Part shown: piece after piece, positions 46,801 to 53,914 of the stretch
How positions within the stretch are numbered: the first letter of the stretch is position 1
Layout of the letters: every line of letters begins with the position of its first letter
From: an uncultured virus (IMG/VR IMGVR_UViG_3300020048_000028)
Lineage: Duplodnaviria; Heunggongvirae; Uroviricota; Caudoviricetes
DNA: 64,000 bases
Reading direction: 5' to 3' (one strand)
Virus record (IMG/VR): IMGVR_UViG_3300020048_000028
Translations under genes and position numbers: made by a program
Notes under the pieces: generated by a model
What the model was told of the DNA's origin: nothing
The model's input: only the letters and a program-made list of their open reading frames with translations
Databases searched by the model: none

Positions 46801-48058
46801 TGCTTTAAATACAAATATTGAAGAAAAAATTAAAATATTATGGGGTAAGGAAACTCGCTCTATTAATAAAGAAGCTGCAATATTTGATTCGTATAAAACA
46901 AGAGTTCAAGATGTTAAGAAAAAATATAGTAATTCTATATCGTTATTGGATGACTTGGTTACTGTTTTTAACTCTGTAAGTAAAGCTGTTCAAGATTATT
47001 ATTTAGGTACTTTTATTAAAAATGATTTTCGTATTGAAAGTGCTAATATAAAAGATAGATTTAAGGCTGAAAGAGTTGCATTAGTAGATAGCATAAATAA
47101 AACTTATGATGCTGATTTATTAGAGTGGGAAAGATTGAAAGAGGAAAATGAAAAATTAAATAAGGAAAATGAAAAGAAAAATAAAGCTAATGATAAGTTT
47201 ATCAAAGAAGGTAAAATTAAAAAAATAGCTAAAATTGAATTTACTTTAGATAAACCTCTTAAAAAAGATGAAAAATATCAACCTGATTACGGTTTAATTG
47301 ATTTACAAGAAGAAAATTCTTTAATTGAAGCTAAACAAAAAGCTATTGATATTAATTTGAAAAAAGCGGAAGATGGTATATTTACTGAAGATGAAATAAT
47401 TTATTATACTCCTATTAATAACACTATGGCTTATTCTGATATTTCAGCTATTGTAAATAAGTTATTATCTCAATTATCAGCTTTATGGATTTCTATTATT
47501 CCTAATGATGAAATGATGGTTTATAACGGTAGAATAAAAGTTAGCGGATATTATTGGGTAGCAGAAAGTAAAGGTTTAATGGTAGATTATAATTTAACAT
47601 CTACGTTAAACTCAGATACAATGCTTTCTTCAAGAATGTCAACAGCTATAAAGGAAAATAATATGCAAAATGTATATGGTGGTTTTTCTTTATTCAAAGA
47701 CTTCTGTAAATTGTTTACAGGTGGAGGAGGAATAGAAGGCGTACTTTCTGATTACCAATCACTTGTTACCGTAAATGGAAAGGATATAACTACCATTGAT
47801 GATTTAATCAATGATTACGAAATTAAGATTAGAGAGTACAACGATAAACTTAATAACAAGGATGCGTTTTTTGCTAAATATAGAACTATGTTTGTTGAGC
47901 AAGAAGAAAAAATTAAAAAAGAAAGAGAGTCTTTGACAAATATGAAACAATATGTATTGCTTGATGTAAATAAGTTCTGTGAAACGAACAAATTTATATA
48001 CATAAAAGGTTCATTGTCTGAAGATGAAAAAAAAATAATGTTTAAAATAAAAGAATAA
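40874..48058 (+). CDS. giant SF2 (SNF2/DarB-like) helicase
   Basis: LAHEVGFGKT (I), IVDEVHNF (II), LSATPF (III), EGINLQ (V), QLEGRIWRQGN (VI). Confidence 0.9.
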   Translation: MDKNFIQYQASSVKDLIDLFDYTFTSDGNEYKLIDFVKSQLITYPDLRPYVSQLFDKKITNDKEWFTYNISAEYVEVLFQADDYDEVCLNFVKLYNSYVLYKNDTIVIEFGRNNAWEIKSKEFYSDKNKSNIIDTQNVGFVYNPELSETVQTSRTEIDFSSNSDIERYRDILTIFKNGISFYTKDEARGESSYSIVDKDRDKIFVSEPVKSIIINQTNLKGVIPLQSNFYFNPEDVNKQVSVSVRADLEYAEWKSDVSDIDILNDNIAVYNEVNKLRDLAKSKANSYIGANYIDKINKKALLKSKYKFYSLASLKDKNNLYPNTAVNLVFNKERTISTMVDGYDFYYTMALLCKVDSDITFDIYYDEENKKVVFLGSRMMSVKTPIGFNQSTMQLEYAIKDVFLTITLPVLEQYYNIIDEVWLFSYSLSTSLSEIIEYNKELDEISKIKIPTEFLNQKDIIAKGQMVKIESIEEKINNTKSKGKVLLNKVASYIEDYILTYCHKKQFDVKDENGNVVSVKNIYEPNTTDKRFFTQGTQEGTQVNYDYVWKVNELFWRYNNNLSIIEMMAYFVAKGDDYYYRLLSYRILGVDCYLFKDLLIEPLLVEGVLCIDDFSINVQLKSIEKPLSYSYKYEYATGNYYEKRRKLFSIDQSDLDNLSIYPMRESVILYFGREIGENIIQNQLFLLENRLVKPSEMTWNSKSDNSKLFSNPLDPIFLQSETVNIKNKSGYSNLVVKDFYDFLGSARFTNDQVTRKDLLYAYVLRLPESVSIPLQFINEFNCYKIAILSKENPENTKGVDVFAVFGANDNKNEKPLFLANDSINSQDCKYYIRNKNFAGSIKFKRRRKMTKKGYKDLGTYAFSKNLDHLDDESFINLFEGGFISKDEYDNNLINTINRKKIVAEILIAFNTKQPKVIIEGDIQFNKYMNTKVDNLDALKMQQIWNERYNYSMYPKQSVMVEGFNEVLKLDNSKFPIFIEHSRFFKDENSQEFLLNDNQIDGIKFHVGNDNSSLLAHEVGFGKTTTSICSLTHNFLTGKANRTMISVPNPTYINWISEMKGQTISDTKKLRGLIPHINIVELKNARKDVFLKYDAKTFTQTEGIKKYTKSQIQIIHNFASATSIIVAEINQRVKKIYFTDYESKKENFDALIKFIEKTFDSNLTDWRSEAFFTNYFEELGENKNEYQSQFNDKINIENDLEFNSVQKVNDNLNKTQKEKDDEILNIRDKYKKKKIKIFEDSSKDFTSQVIALLKSKQNSIFDVIGVYEECFLRKYSVIICTHEAIGQLRVNKEVAQQISMELKDNNSFADELERNAIGFDKLDIDSIIVDEVHNFNELFAYSKRQISQLIPSYRSKSYFIASDYSLNSLSNIGSPRFAKKARGTNLSSVIKFNLSSKKTSVIKSSLFGICKTLQNNFSNKKAINIMLLSATPFVDNLFQMIGVFNMLRPFPLPINFFSNYLYQEWDWENDHKGETVLKVQTSNFKNHDARNNWIRLYSQFYTFDQRINAKRPNKFVYPYDCKNSVNQYEDNCNSSVYLDFSEEQYSIYKNIGKFVDGVIGRDNIVKIKLNTVAVTKELYIDSDNITTCKELIDKSDSSYDLESAAELFIHNNWIQVLLDTKSEYHKEISEIYDVIKEEYLKQISDEEDEDSKLDDDGEVSVQDINDESEISGNGISDAGTRALQAQDLGKKLSLSPYMITAMENGVNLFKDSYINSDLPPLYGMNTPENMLKSAINFVETSPKIYFCVKAIQCLIKKHIENGEDISGQIIYMAWGQSFWYGGYMYNGMELIKAYLANSLNLNKTFTVEESDELSRSGVDSKKCGASDISVKAKKENVLKSYNLSEIQIVSGKSQDALKKSAISKSFNNGKIKVLIGSGTIKEGINLQGEKNHGNSTIYVLTAEYAPMAMMQLEGRIWRQGNPLENVRMVYPLIKNSIDSHIYSKLNEKIKKVKNMLEAGIYDFKETQFDKDIEGVSLALNTNIEEKIKILWGKETRSINKEAAIFDSYKTRVQDVKKKYSNSISLLDDLVTVFNSVSKAVQDYYLGTFIKNDFRIESANIKDRFKAERVALVDSINKTYDADLLEWERLKEENEKLNKENEKKNKANDKFIKEGKIKKIAKIEFTLDKPLKKDEKYQPDYGLIDLQEENSLIEAKQKAIDINLKKAEDGIFTEDEIIYYTPINNTMAYSDISAIVNKLLSQLSALWISIIPNDEMMVYNGRIKVSGYYWVAESKGLMVDYNLTSTLNSDTMLSSRMSTAIKENNMQNVYGGFSLFKDFCKLFTGGGGIEGVLSDYQSLVTVNGKDITTIDDLINDYEIKIREYNDKLNNKDAFFAKYRTMFVEQEEKIKKERESLTNMKQYVLLDVNKFCETNKFIYIKGSLSEDEKKIMFKIKE

Positions 48059-48061
48059 AAT

Positions 48062-49921
48062 ATGACCTTAGATAGAGATTCTATATCCTTAATAGTTGGT
48101 GAAGAAAATGCTGATTTCTTAGAAACGGCATTTAAACAATCTACTGATTATAATTTTATAAATAAGTATCTTAAAAACTTAAAAAAGCAGATTACAACTG
48201 CTATTAATTTAGATATGCTTATTGATAATCAAATAACATTAGATGAATTTGATGAAACTTTAAAATCAGATATTGCTATTGATTCTAAATATAATGGATT
48301 TTTCATTAAAGGATTGATTAATGAGAGGGATTTTTACGCCATGCTTAGTTTTTTTAATTGTAATGTTATTCCAAGAGTACTTACTATTAATGATGGGCTT
48401 GTATTTCATAATTCTGATATTAGAATATTTGTAAATGATTTAAAATCTGATAATAAAAACATAGCAATACTTTTTAAATCAAACATAGCTGACGGCATTA
48501 CTTATGCTTCAAATGTTTATTTCAGTAATATTGATGAAATAAATAAAATGAATAATGATGAGGCTTTTAATCTGTCTTATGATTTGAATGATTTAGATTA
48601 TAAATCTGAATACTTTGATTATAATTCAGGAGCTAACTTATACGAAGTGCAAGATGCCTTATTTAAGACATACACTTTGAATCCTGCTGATTATTTAATC
48701 ACATTGGGGGTTTTGTATAGATTGAAGAACTTAGGTTGGGATAAGTCCTATATAGACTTTATTGCTTCTAAAAATAGAGCATTTAATGTTTTAAATTCAG
48801 ATATAAATATAACTTTAAATAGTTTGTATATAGATGATTTACTTAATCTTGAATTTATAGACGAAAGTTATTCGATTACTGATTTAGGTAGAAGTGCTTT
48901 ATTATTATTAAGCTATGCTACACCGATTAATTCAAATAACTATGGTAATTTTTATGTTACTATAAGCGAATTGATAAGCTCTCAAAAAATTAAAAAAGAA
49001 GATTTAGTCTATGTTAGTGCAGATAACACTTCTTTTTATGGTATAAAAAATGAGTTTTTTGTAGATGAAAAATGCTTATTTGGTATGCCTACGGGATTAT
49101 TCACTTTAAATTCAGATTATGCTATTACTGTGAAAAATTCATTTGATAATTTAGTTTTATCAAGAGCTGTTGGTTATTCTACAAATATTAAAATATCTAA
49201 TGCCGATACTCTCGAATTGGAAATATGTAATGAATTATATAATACGTTTAACAATGATACCCTTAATGTGTTAGGAGGTCTTGTTTCTATTCAGCCATAC
49301 AATTCAAAAGAGGTTGTGTATGTAAATTCATTAACTTATTCATTAATTAAAGTATCCCATAAGAATATTTATCCTTATATATCAAAGGATGATTCATCTT
49401 ATGTGTTTTTTAAAAATGATTTAGATAAAATAGTTGGATTTATTAAAACTAAAAAATTCTCTTGCTATAAAGAAGATATTGGTACTCAAGACTTATCAGT
49501 TTTATTTAATAAAATAAATAAAAATTATAGTGGCAAATTGATAAAAGGTTTAGATATAGGTGAAAATAAGCCTGTAATTATAGGGGTTGGATTTGTTGAA
49601 AAAGCAGAATTAAGTGTTGAAGATTACAATAAGTTACTTACCGTTTCCTTTGTCGAATTAAAATCTACGTTAAATTCTTTAAATAAAGATGTATATTTTA
49701 GCGACCTTGATGAAAAATCAGTAATTGAAAAGATTCTAAAACAAAGAAACAAAGAATATCAAAAATATTTAGATTCCGTTAAATCTGAAATGAATGATAA
49801 ATTATTGGCATTAGAATTATTGAAAGAATACTTTATTTCAGTAGGTAATGGAGATAAGACAATTTATTATTTAGGATTAATCGAGTCTTATAAAGAAAAA
49901 ATAACTAATTTTATATTATAA
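48062..49921 (+). CDS. hypothetical protein
   Basis: 619-aa ORF; no motif recognised. Confidence 0.85.
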   Translation: MTLDRDSISLIVGEENADFLETAFKQSTDYNFINKYLKNLKKQITTAINLDMLIDNQITLDEFDETLKSDIAIDSKYNGFFIKGLINERDFYAMLSFFNCNVIPRVLTINDGLVFHNSDIRIFVNDLKSDNKNIAILFKSNIADGITYASNVYFSNIDEINKMNNDEAFNLSYDLNDLDYKSEYFDYNSGANLYEVQDALFKTYTLNPADYLITLGVLYRLKNLGWDKSYIDFIASKNRAFNVLNSDINITLNSLYIDDLLNLEFIDESYSITDLGRSALLLLSYATPINSNNYGNFYVTISELISSQKIKKEDLVYVSADNTSFYGIKNEFFVDEKCLFGMPTGLFTLNSDYAITVKNSFDNLVLSRAVGYSTNIKISNADTLELEICNELYNTFNNDTLNVLGGLVSIQPYNSKEVVYVNSLTYSLIKVSHKNIYPYISKDDSSYVFFKNDLDKIVGFIKTKKFSCYKEDIGTQDLSVLFNKINKNYSGKLIKGLDIGENKPVIIGVGFVEKAELSVEDYNKLLTVSFVELKSTLNSLNKDVYFSDLDEKSVIEKILKQRNKEYQKYLDSVKSEMNDKLLALELLKEYFISVGNGDKTIYYLGLIESYKEKITNFIL

Positions 49922-49932
49922 AAAATACAAAT

Positions 49933-50415
49933 ATGACACATTCGGTTTTTATTGATAAAATAGGTAGAATATTTCAAGGTGATTTGTCAGAATCTATTGA
50001 AAATTACGATAGATATAAAGATTTATCTCAAATGGGAGTTGGTAGATTTTCTGAAAAGAATGTTTACCTATTAGATGAATCAAATAACATTATTAAAAGT
50101 TTTGGAACTACAAGGTTTGATAATGGCGGAGCTGTTAAAGACAATATAGATGTTGTAAAATACTTTTTATTAGGAAAAAAAATAGATAAAATGCCTGATG
50201 AGTTTTCTGTATTAGAAAACCCAATAGGTTCTGATAACTCATCTGTTTTAATATATAAAACGCTTGACGGTCATTATCCTTTAATTGAAAAAAAGTCTAA
50301 GAAAGAGGCTAATTTTAATAAAAGTAATTTTTTATCTAATGATTATATCAATGAATTAGAAAGTAGATTTAAGAATATTTGTGTTACAAATGCAATTAAG
50401 TTTGAGGTTAAGTAA
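49933..50415 (+). CDS. hypothetical protein with an FDNGG junction
   Basis: RFDNGGAVK. Confidence 0.75.
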   Translation: MTHSVFIDKIGRIFQGDLSESIENYDRYKDLSQMGVGRFSEKNVYLLDESNNIIKSFGTTRFDNGGAVKDNIDVVKYFLLGKKIDKMPDEFSVLENPIGSDNSSVLIYKTLDGHYPLIEKKSKKEANFNKSNFLSNDYINELESRFKNICVTNAIKFEVK

Positions 50416-50417
50416 AA

Positions 50418-50873
50418 ATGGATAAGGCTAATATATTTTTATTTAATTATTTAAAAGATAATATCATATATAAACCTGAAATTCCAATAATATATAACAG
50501 AAAAAGTGATTTTATAACTTTGCAAAGAAAGCTTGTTACTTGGAGAGAAAATGGAATAAGTTATAATGAAAAATACAAAAATAATTCTCTTACTAAAAAT
50601 GAAGTTTGGAATATATTGAAAAGTTTAGGATATAAAGTAAATGAATTTAATTTTAAAGAATTGCATAAAAAAGAACATTTTGATTACATAGGTAAAGAAA
50701 TCTCTTATTACAGAAATGATGTAAACGATTCTGATGATAAATCTAAGTTATCTCCTGAATTAGTTAATAAATATAATAAAGACGGTTTAAATACTGTAAT
50801 TATATTTGCATTAAGATTTCCTGAAAAAAGAGGATTTATTTTGCATTCTGATGGACGAATAGAACAACATTAA
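50418..50873 (+). CDS. hypothetical protein, C-terminal hxIxxxGxI family
   Basis: Ends GFILHSDGRIEQH. Confidence 0.7.
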   Translation: MDKANIFLFNYLKDNIIYKPEIPIIYNRKSDFITLQRKLVTWRENGISYNEKYKNNSLTKNEVWNILKSLGYKVNEFNFKELHKKEHFDYIGKEISYYRNDVNDSDDKSKLSPELVNKYNKDGLNTVIIFALRFPEKRGFILHSDGRIEQH

Positions 50874-50877
50874 AAAA

Positions 50878-51567
50878 ATGGAAATAGTAGAAAAATTAAA
50901 AAAAGACATTGAATTACTTACGGTATTAAGTACTGATTTATCATTCGATGATGCGGTATTGGAAGATGCAAATTCTTTAATATCAATAAAAAATAATGAG
51001 ATAATCGACTTAGGAGCAACTCCTTATGTCGAACCTGTTAAAAACATTGGTATCAGCGTTAGTGATGCTGTAAATATCATTCTTAAAAAGATTAAATCTA
51101 TCTATAAGTTTAAAGATATGAATGATAAATCTAAGAAGAAATATAAAACTCTTAATTTATTATTGAGAATTAATACTAAAATGACTTATGAGGATTATCT
51201 TAATAATGGAGAAAAGTTTGAAGGAGGTGGAGCTGTAAAGAATTTCTCTAATGATACGATTTCTAAACTTGAAAGTGGAAATCAATTTTATAAATTGATG
51301 GAAACTTCAGAAAGCCCTATTTTAAAATATAAAACTCCTGATAACTCGTATTTGTATCAAGTTCTTTTAGAAAGTGGAAATTTAGCTTTTGCTTTAATTT
51401 ACCGTATTGAAAATAATACTATTGTTGACTTTTATCAAGATGAAGATTTAAGTCAAAGTATAAATTTAATATCTTCTTTTGAAGATGAATTAGCTGAAGA
51501 ATCCTTTAAATTAAAGTATGACGACATGATGAGGTCGCTTTATGAGGCTGAAAAAAAATATTATTAA
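50878..51567 (+). CDS. hypothetical protein with an FEGGG junction
   Basis: KFEGGGAVK. Confidence 0.75.
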   Translation: MEIVEKLKKDIELLTVLSTDLSFDDAVLEDANSLISIKNNEIIDLGATPYVEPVKNIGISVSDAVNIILKKIKSIYKFKDMNDKSKKKYKTLNLLLRINTKMTYEDYLNNGEKFEGGGAVKNFSNDTISKLESGNQFYKLMETSESPILKYKTPDNSYLYQVLLESGNLAFALIYRIENNTIVDFYQDEDLSQSINLISSFEDELAEESFKLKYDDMMRSLYEAEKKYY

Positions 51568-51589
51568 TTTTTTGAATTAAAAAATACAC

Positions 51590-51597
51590 TATATTTG
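51590..51597 (+). promoter_or_regulatory. Bacteroidota-type -7 promoter box
   Basis: TATATTTG before 51623, followed closely by AATCAAGATT. Confidence 0.6.
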
Positions 51598-51622
51598 TAA
51601 TCAAGATTAAAAATCAAACGAA

Positions 51623-52606
51623 ATGGAAAATAAAATAAAAGAATTAAAAAAAGACATAGCTGAAGCTGAAGCTCAGTTAAAAGACCCTGATATTAACTCG
51701 GATGCTGAAATTGTTGACTTACTTAATGATGCAATTCAACAATTACATAAAGAGATTGCTGAATTAGAAGCCCAATCTACAAAAGAAGTTTTTATTGCTG
51801 AAAAGAAAGTGATGCAAGCTGAAAAGAAAGTAAATCAGGCTGAAACTAAAACTGAAAAGGTTGAGGCTAAAGAGCAGCTTAAAGAGGCTAAAGAAGTAAA
51901 AAAAGAAGCAGAAAAAGATGTAAAGGAAGTTGAGAAAATTGCTGAAAAAGTAGATAAAGTTGCTGATAAAGTAGAAGCTATTTCAGCTAAAGGCGGTGTC
52001 CGTACAGGAGCAGGTCGCCCAAAAGTAATAGGTCGTATGGAAAAACCTAAAGCTACTTGGGGTGGTGGAAATAGAGGTGCAGGTCGTAAAAAAGCTTCAA
52101 CCGCTAAAACCATGACAGTTCCTAAAGGTGTTAAAACTGAAAAATTAGTTGTTAGTAAGCGTAAGCTTAAGGCGAAAGTAAAAGCAAAACCTGAAGTGCA
52201 AGCTGTTGCTAAAACTAAAATAAAAACAGCAAGAGCATTTGGACAAGTTATAGAATATAAAAACGATGCAGAATTTTGTTCTAAATTAAAAGCAGCTTTC
52301 AGAAAACGTAGAGCAGCAGCTAAATTAGGAGGGAAAACAAGAAAAACTAAACCTGTGTTTGGTGTAATTACTACAAGCGTTAAAAATGCAGTTTCTAAAG
52401 CTTTACATAGTGTTTCTACTAAAGAAATAGAGAAAAATCCTAAGCAGTTCCTTGTTAAATCTGAAAGACTTGAGAAATCAGCTATAAGATTCCTTGAAGA
52501 TTTTAAAGCTATTCTTGGTTCAGATTTTAAAAAATCAGAAATTACTTCTGAGTTTGGAGAATTAGAAAAAGCGATTAAGCAATTTGTTGCGAAAGTCACA
52601 AAATAA
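51623..52606 (+). CDS. coiled-coil plus highly basic protein with AT-hook-like motifs (putative DNA-condensing protein)
   Basis: GGVRTGAGRPK, GGGNRGAGRKK; K/A-rich. Confidence 0.6.
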   Translation: MENKIKELKKDIAEAEAQLKDPDINSDAEIVDLLNDAIQQLHKEIAELEAQSTKEVFIAEKKVMQAEKKVNQAETKTEKVEAKEQLKEAKEVKKEAEKDVKEVEKIAEKVDKVADKVEAISAKGGVRTGAGRPKVIGRMEKPKATWGGGNRGAGRKKASTAKTMTVPKGVKTEKLVVSKRKLKAKVKAKPEVQAVAKTKIKTARAFGQVIEYKNDAEFCSKLKAAFRKRRAAAKLGGKTRKTKPVFGVITTSVKNAVSKALHSVSTKEIEKNPKQFLVKSERLEKSAIRFLEDFKAILGSDFKKSEITSEFGELEKAIKQFVAKVTK

Positions 52607-52611
52607 AAAAA

Positions 52612-52635
52612 AGCGGTGGAGTAAAATCCACCGCT
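52612..52635. terminator. GC-rich hairpin; U-tract present only on the minus strand
   Basis: AGCGGTGGA-GTAAAA-TCCACCGCT preceded by an A-run. Confidence 0.55.
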
Positions 52636-52666
52636 ATAAAAATAAAAACCAACCAAAACATAAATT

Positions 52667-53311
52667 ATGAAAAAAGACAACAACAACAACAACAATGACA
52701 ATGACAATAACGAAAGTAGAGAAATCGAAATTGAACACAGAGTAGTTATTGAAGAAGAAAAAATTGAAATCTCTGAACTTCCTAAAGAAATCAGACAAGC
52801 CATGAGAGGCTTTAATCAGAAGCTTGCCAAATACGAAGAAACAGGAGATGATAACTTGTATTATGAATTGCAGCAAGATGATGTCGCAATAGCTGATGGT
52901 ATTGAAAATTGGATTGAAGATAACGCATCAGATGATGATGATGAAGATGATTCTTATTTAGAAGATGAAAAAGTAAAAGCACAAGCACAAGCACAAGCAC
53001 AAGCTCAAGCACAAGCTCAAGCACAAGCACAAGCACAAGCACAAGCTCAAGCACAAGCACAAGCACAAGCTGATGCTAATGTTGCAGCCGATAAGGCACA
53101 AGCTGATGCTGACGCTGCTGCTGCCGCTGCTGCTGCTGCTGCCGTACCTCCATCAATTAAGGATAAAGTGTTATTGGCAATTAAGAATAATATTATTAGT
53201 GTAAAAGAATTAGAAAGTATTATAGGCAGAGAGCCTGATTATCCTACTGAAAAAATAAATGATTTGGTTTTAAGAAAACAATACATGAAACCTTTTTATG
53301 AATTAATTTAA
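52667..53311 (+). CDS. acidic protein with (AQ)n/poly-Ala linker and C-terminal GRE-tag
   Basis: Ends ISVKELESIIGREPDYP...RKQYMKPFYELI. Confidence 0.8.
   Translation: MKKDNNNNNNDNDNNESREIEIEHRVVIEEEKIEISELPKEIRQAMRGFNQKLAKYEETGDDNLYYELQQDDVAIADGIENWIEDNASDDDDEDDSYLEDEKVKAQAQAQAQAQAQAQAQAQAQAQAQAQAQAQADANVAADKAQADADAAAAAAAAAAVPPSIKDKVLLAIKNNIISVKELESIIGREPDYPTEKINDLVLRKQYMKPFYELI
52979..53070 (+). repeat. coding hexamer microsatellite (GCWCAA)n encoding (AQ)n
   Basis: About 15 tandem GCACAA/GCTCAA units. Confidence 0.95.
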
Positions 53312-53333
53312 TTATATCTTTTAAATTTAAAAG

Positions 53334-53359
53334 GAGAGATTTTATCTCTCTTTTTTTTT
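53334..53359 (+). terminator. intrinsic terminator
   Basis: GAGAGAT-TTT-ATCTCTC followed by T9. Confidence 0.85.
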
Positions 53360-53455
53360 GTTAAATAATTTGTTAATAAATAAGTGTGTTTAAATTAAGA
53401 TAATTCAATAATATTTACAATTTTTGTGTAAAGTATAAACCAAAGACTTTATTTA

Positions 53456-53914
53456 ATGATAAACGAAGAAAAAGAACTTTACGAACTTATTCGTAATTTA
53501 ACTAAAGGCTTGAAGCGACATGGCATACGGAAAGTTACAAAAGCTTTAAAGCAGATAAATTTAGACAACGAAGATGAAGTTAATTTTTCTATAATTGATT
53601 TTATAGAAAATGCCGTATGTACTAAACTTGGCGTTCCCAAAGATGAAATATTTGGCTTTAAATCAAGAGGCGAAATTACAATAGCAAGAAAATTCTGTAT
53701 TCTTTTGGTTAGACGGTTTATCTCAAATATTTCTGATGAAGAATTAGGTAATCATTATAATAGAAGTAGACAAGTCGTTCATACTACCGAAAAAGAACTT
53801 AGGTTATTAAAGAGTGGTAAAAAGAATAAATTTCATATTGATTTTATATCTATTTATGATGATTTAGAAATACAGACAGAAAAATTCATTAATGTTTTAA
53901 AGAAAGGTAAATGA
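53456..53914 (+). CDS. DnaA C-terminal (domain IV)-like HTH protein
   Basis: KSRGEITIARKFCILLVRR...LGNHYNRSRQVVH. Confidence 0.65.
   Translation: MINEEKELYELIRNLTKGLKRHGIRKVTKALKQINLDNEDEVNFSIIDFIENAVCTKLGVPKDEIFGFKSRGEITIARKFCILLVRRFISNISDEELGNHYNRSRQVVHTTEKELRLLKSGKKNKFHIDFISIYDDLEIQTEKFINVLKKGK

Noticed and set aside
51835..52803. 322-aa minus-strand ORF and the other short antisense or nested ORFs in the track
   Set aside because: Shadows of biased or low-complexity + strand genes (F/S/L-rich) with no motifs or expression signals
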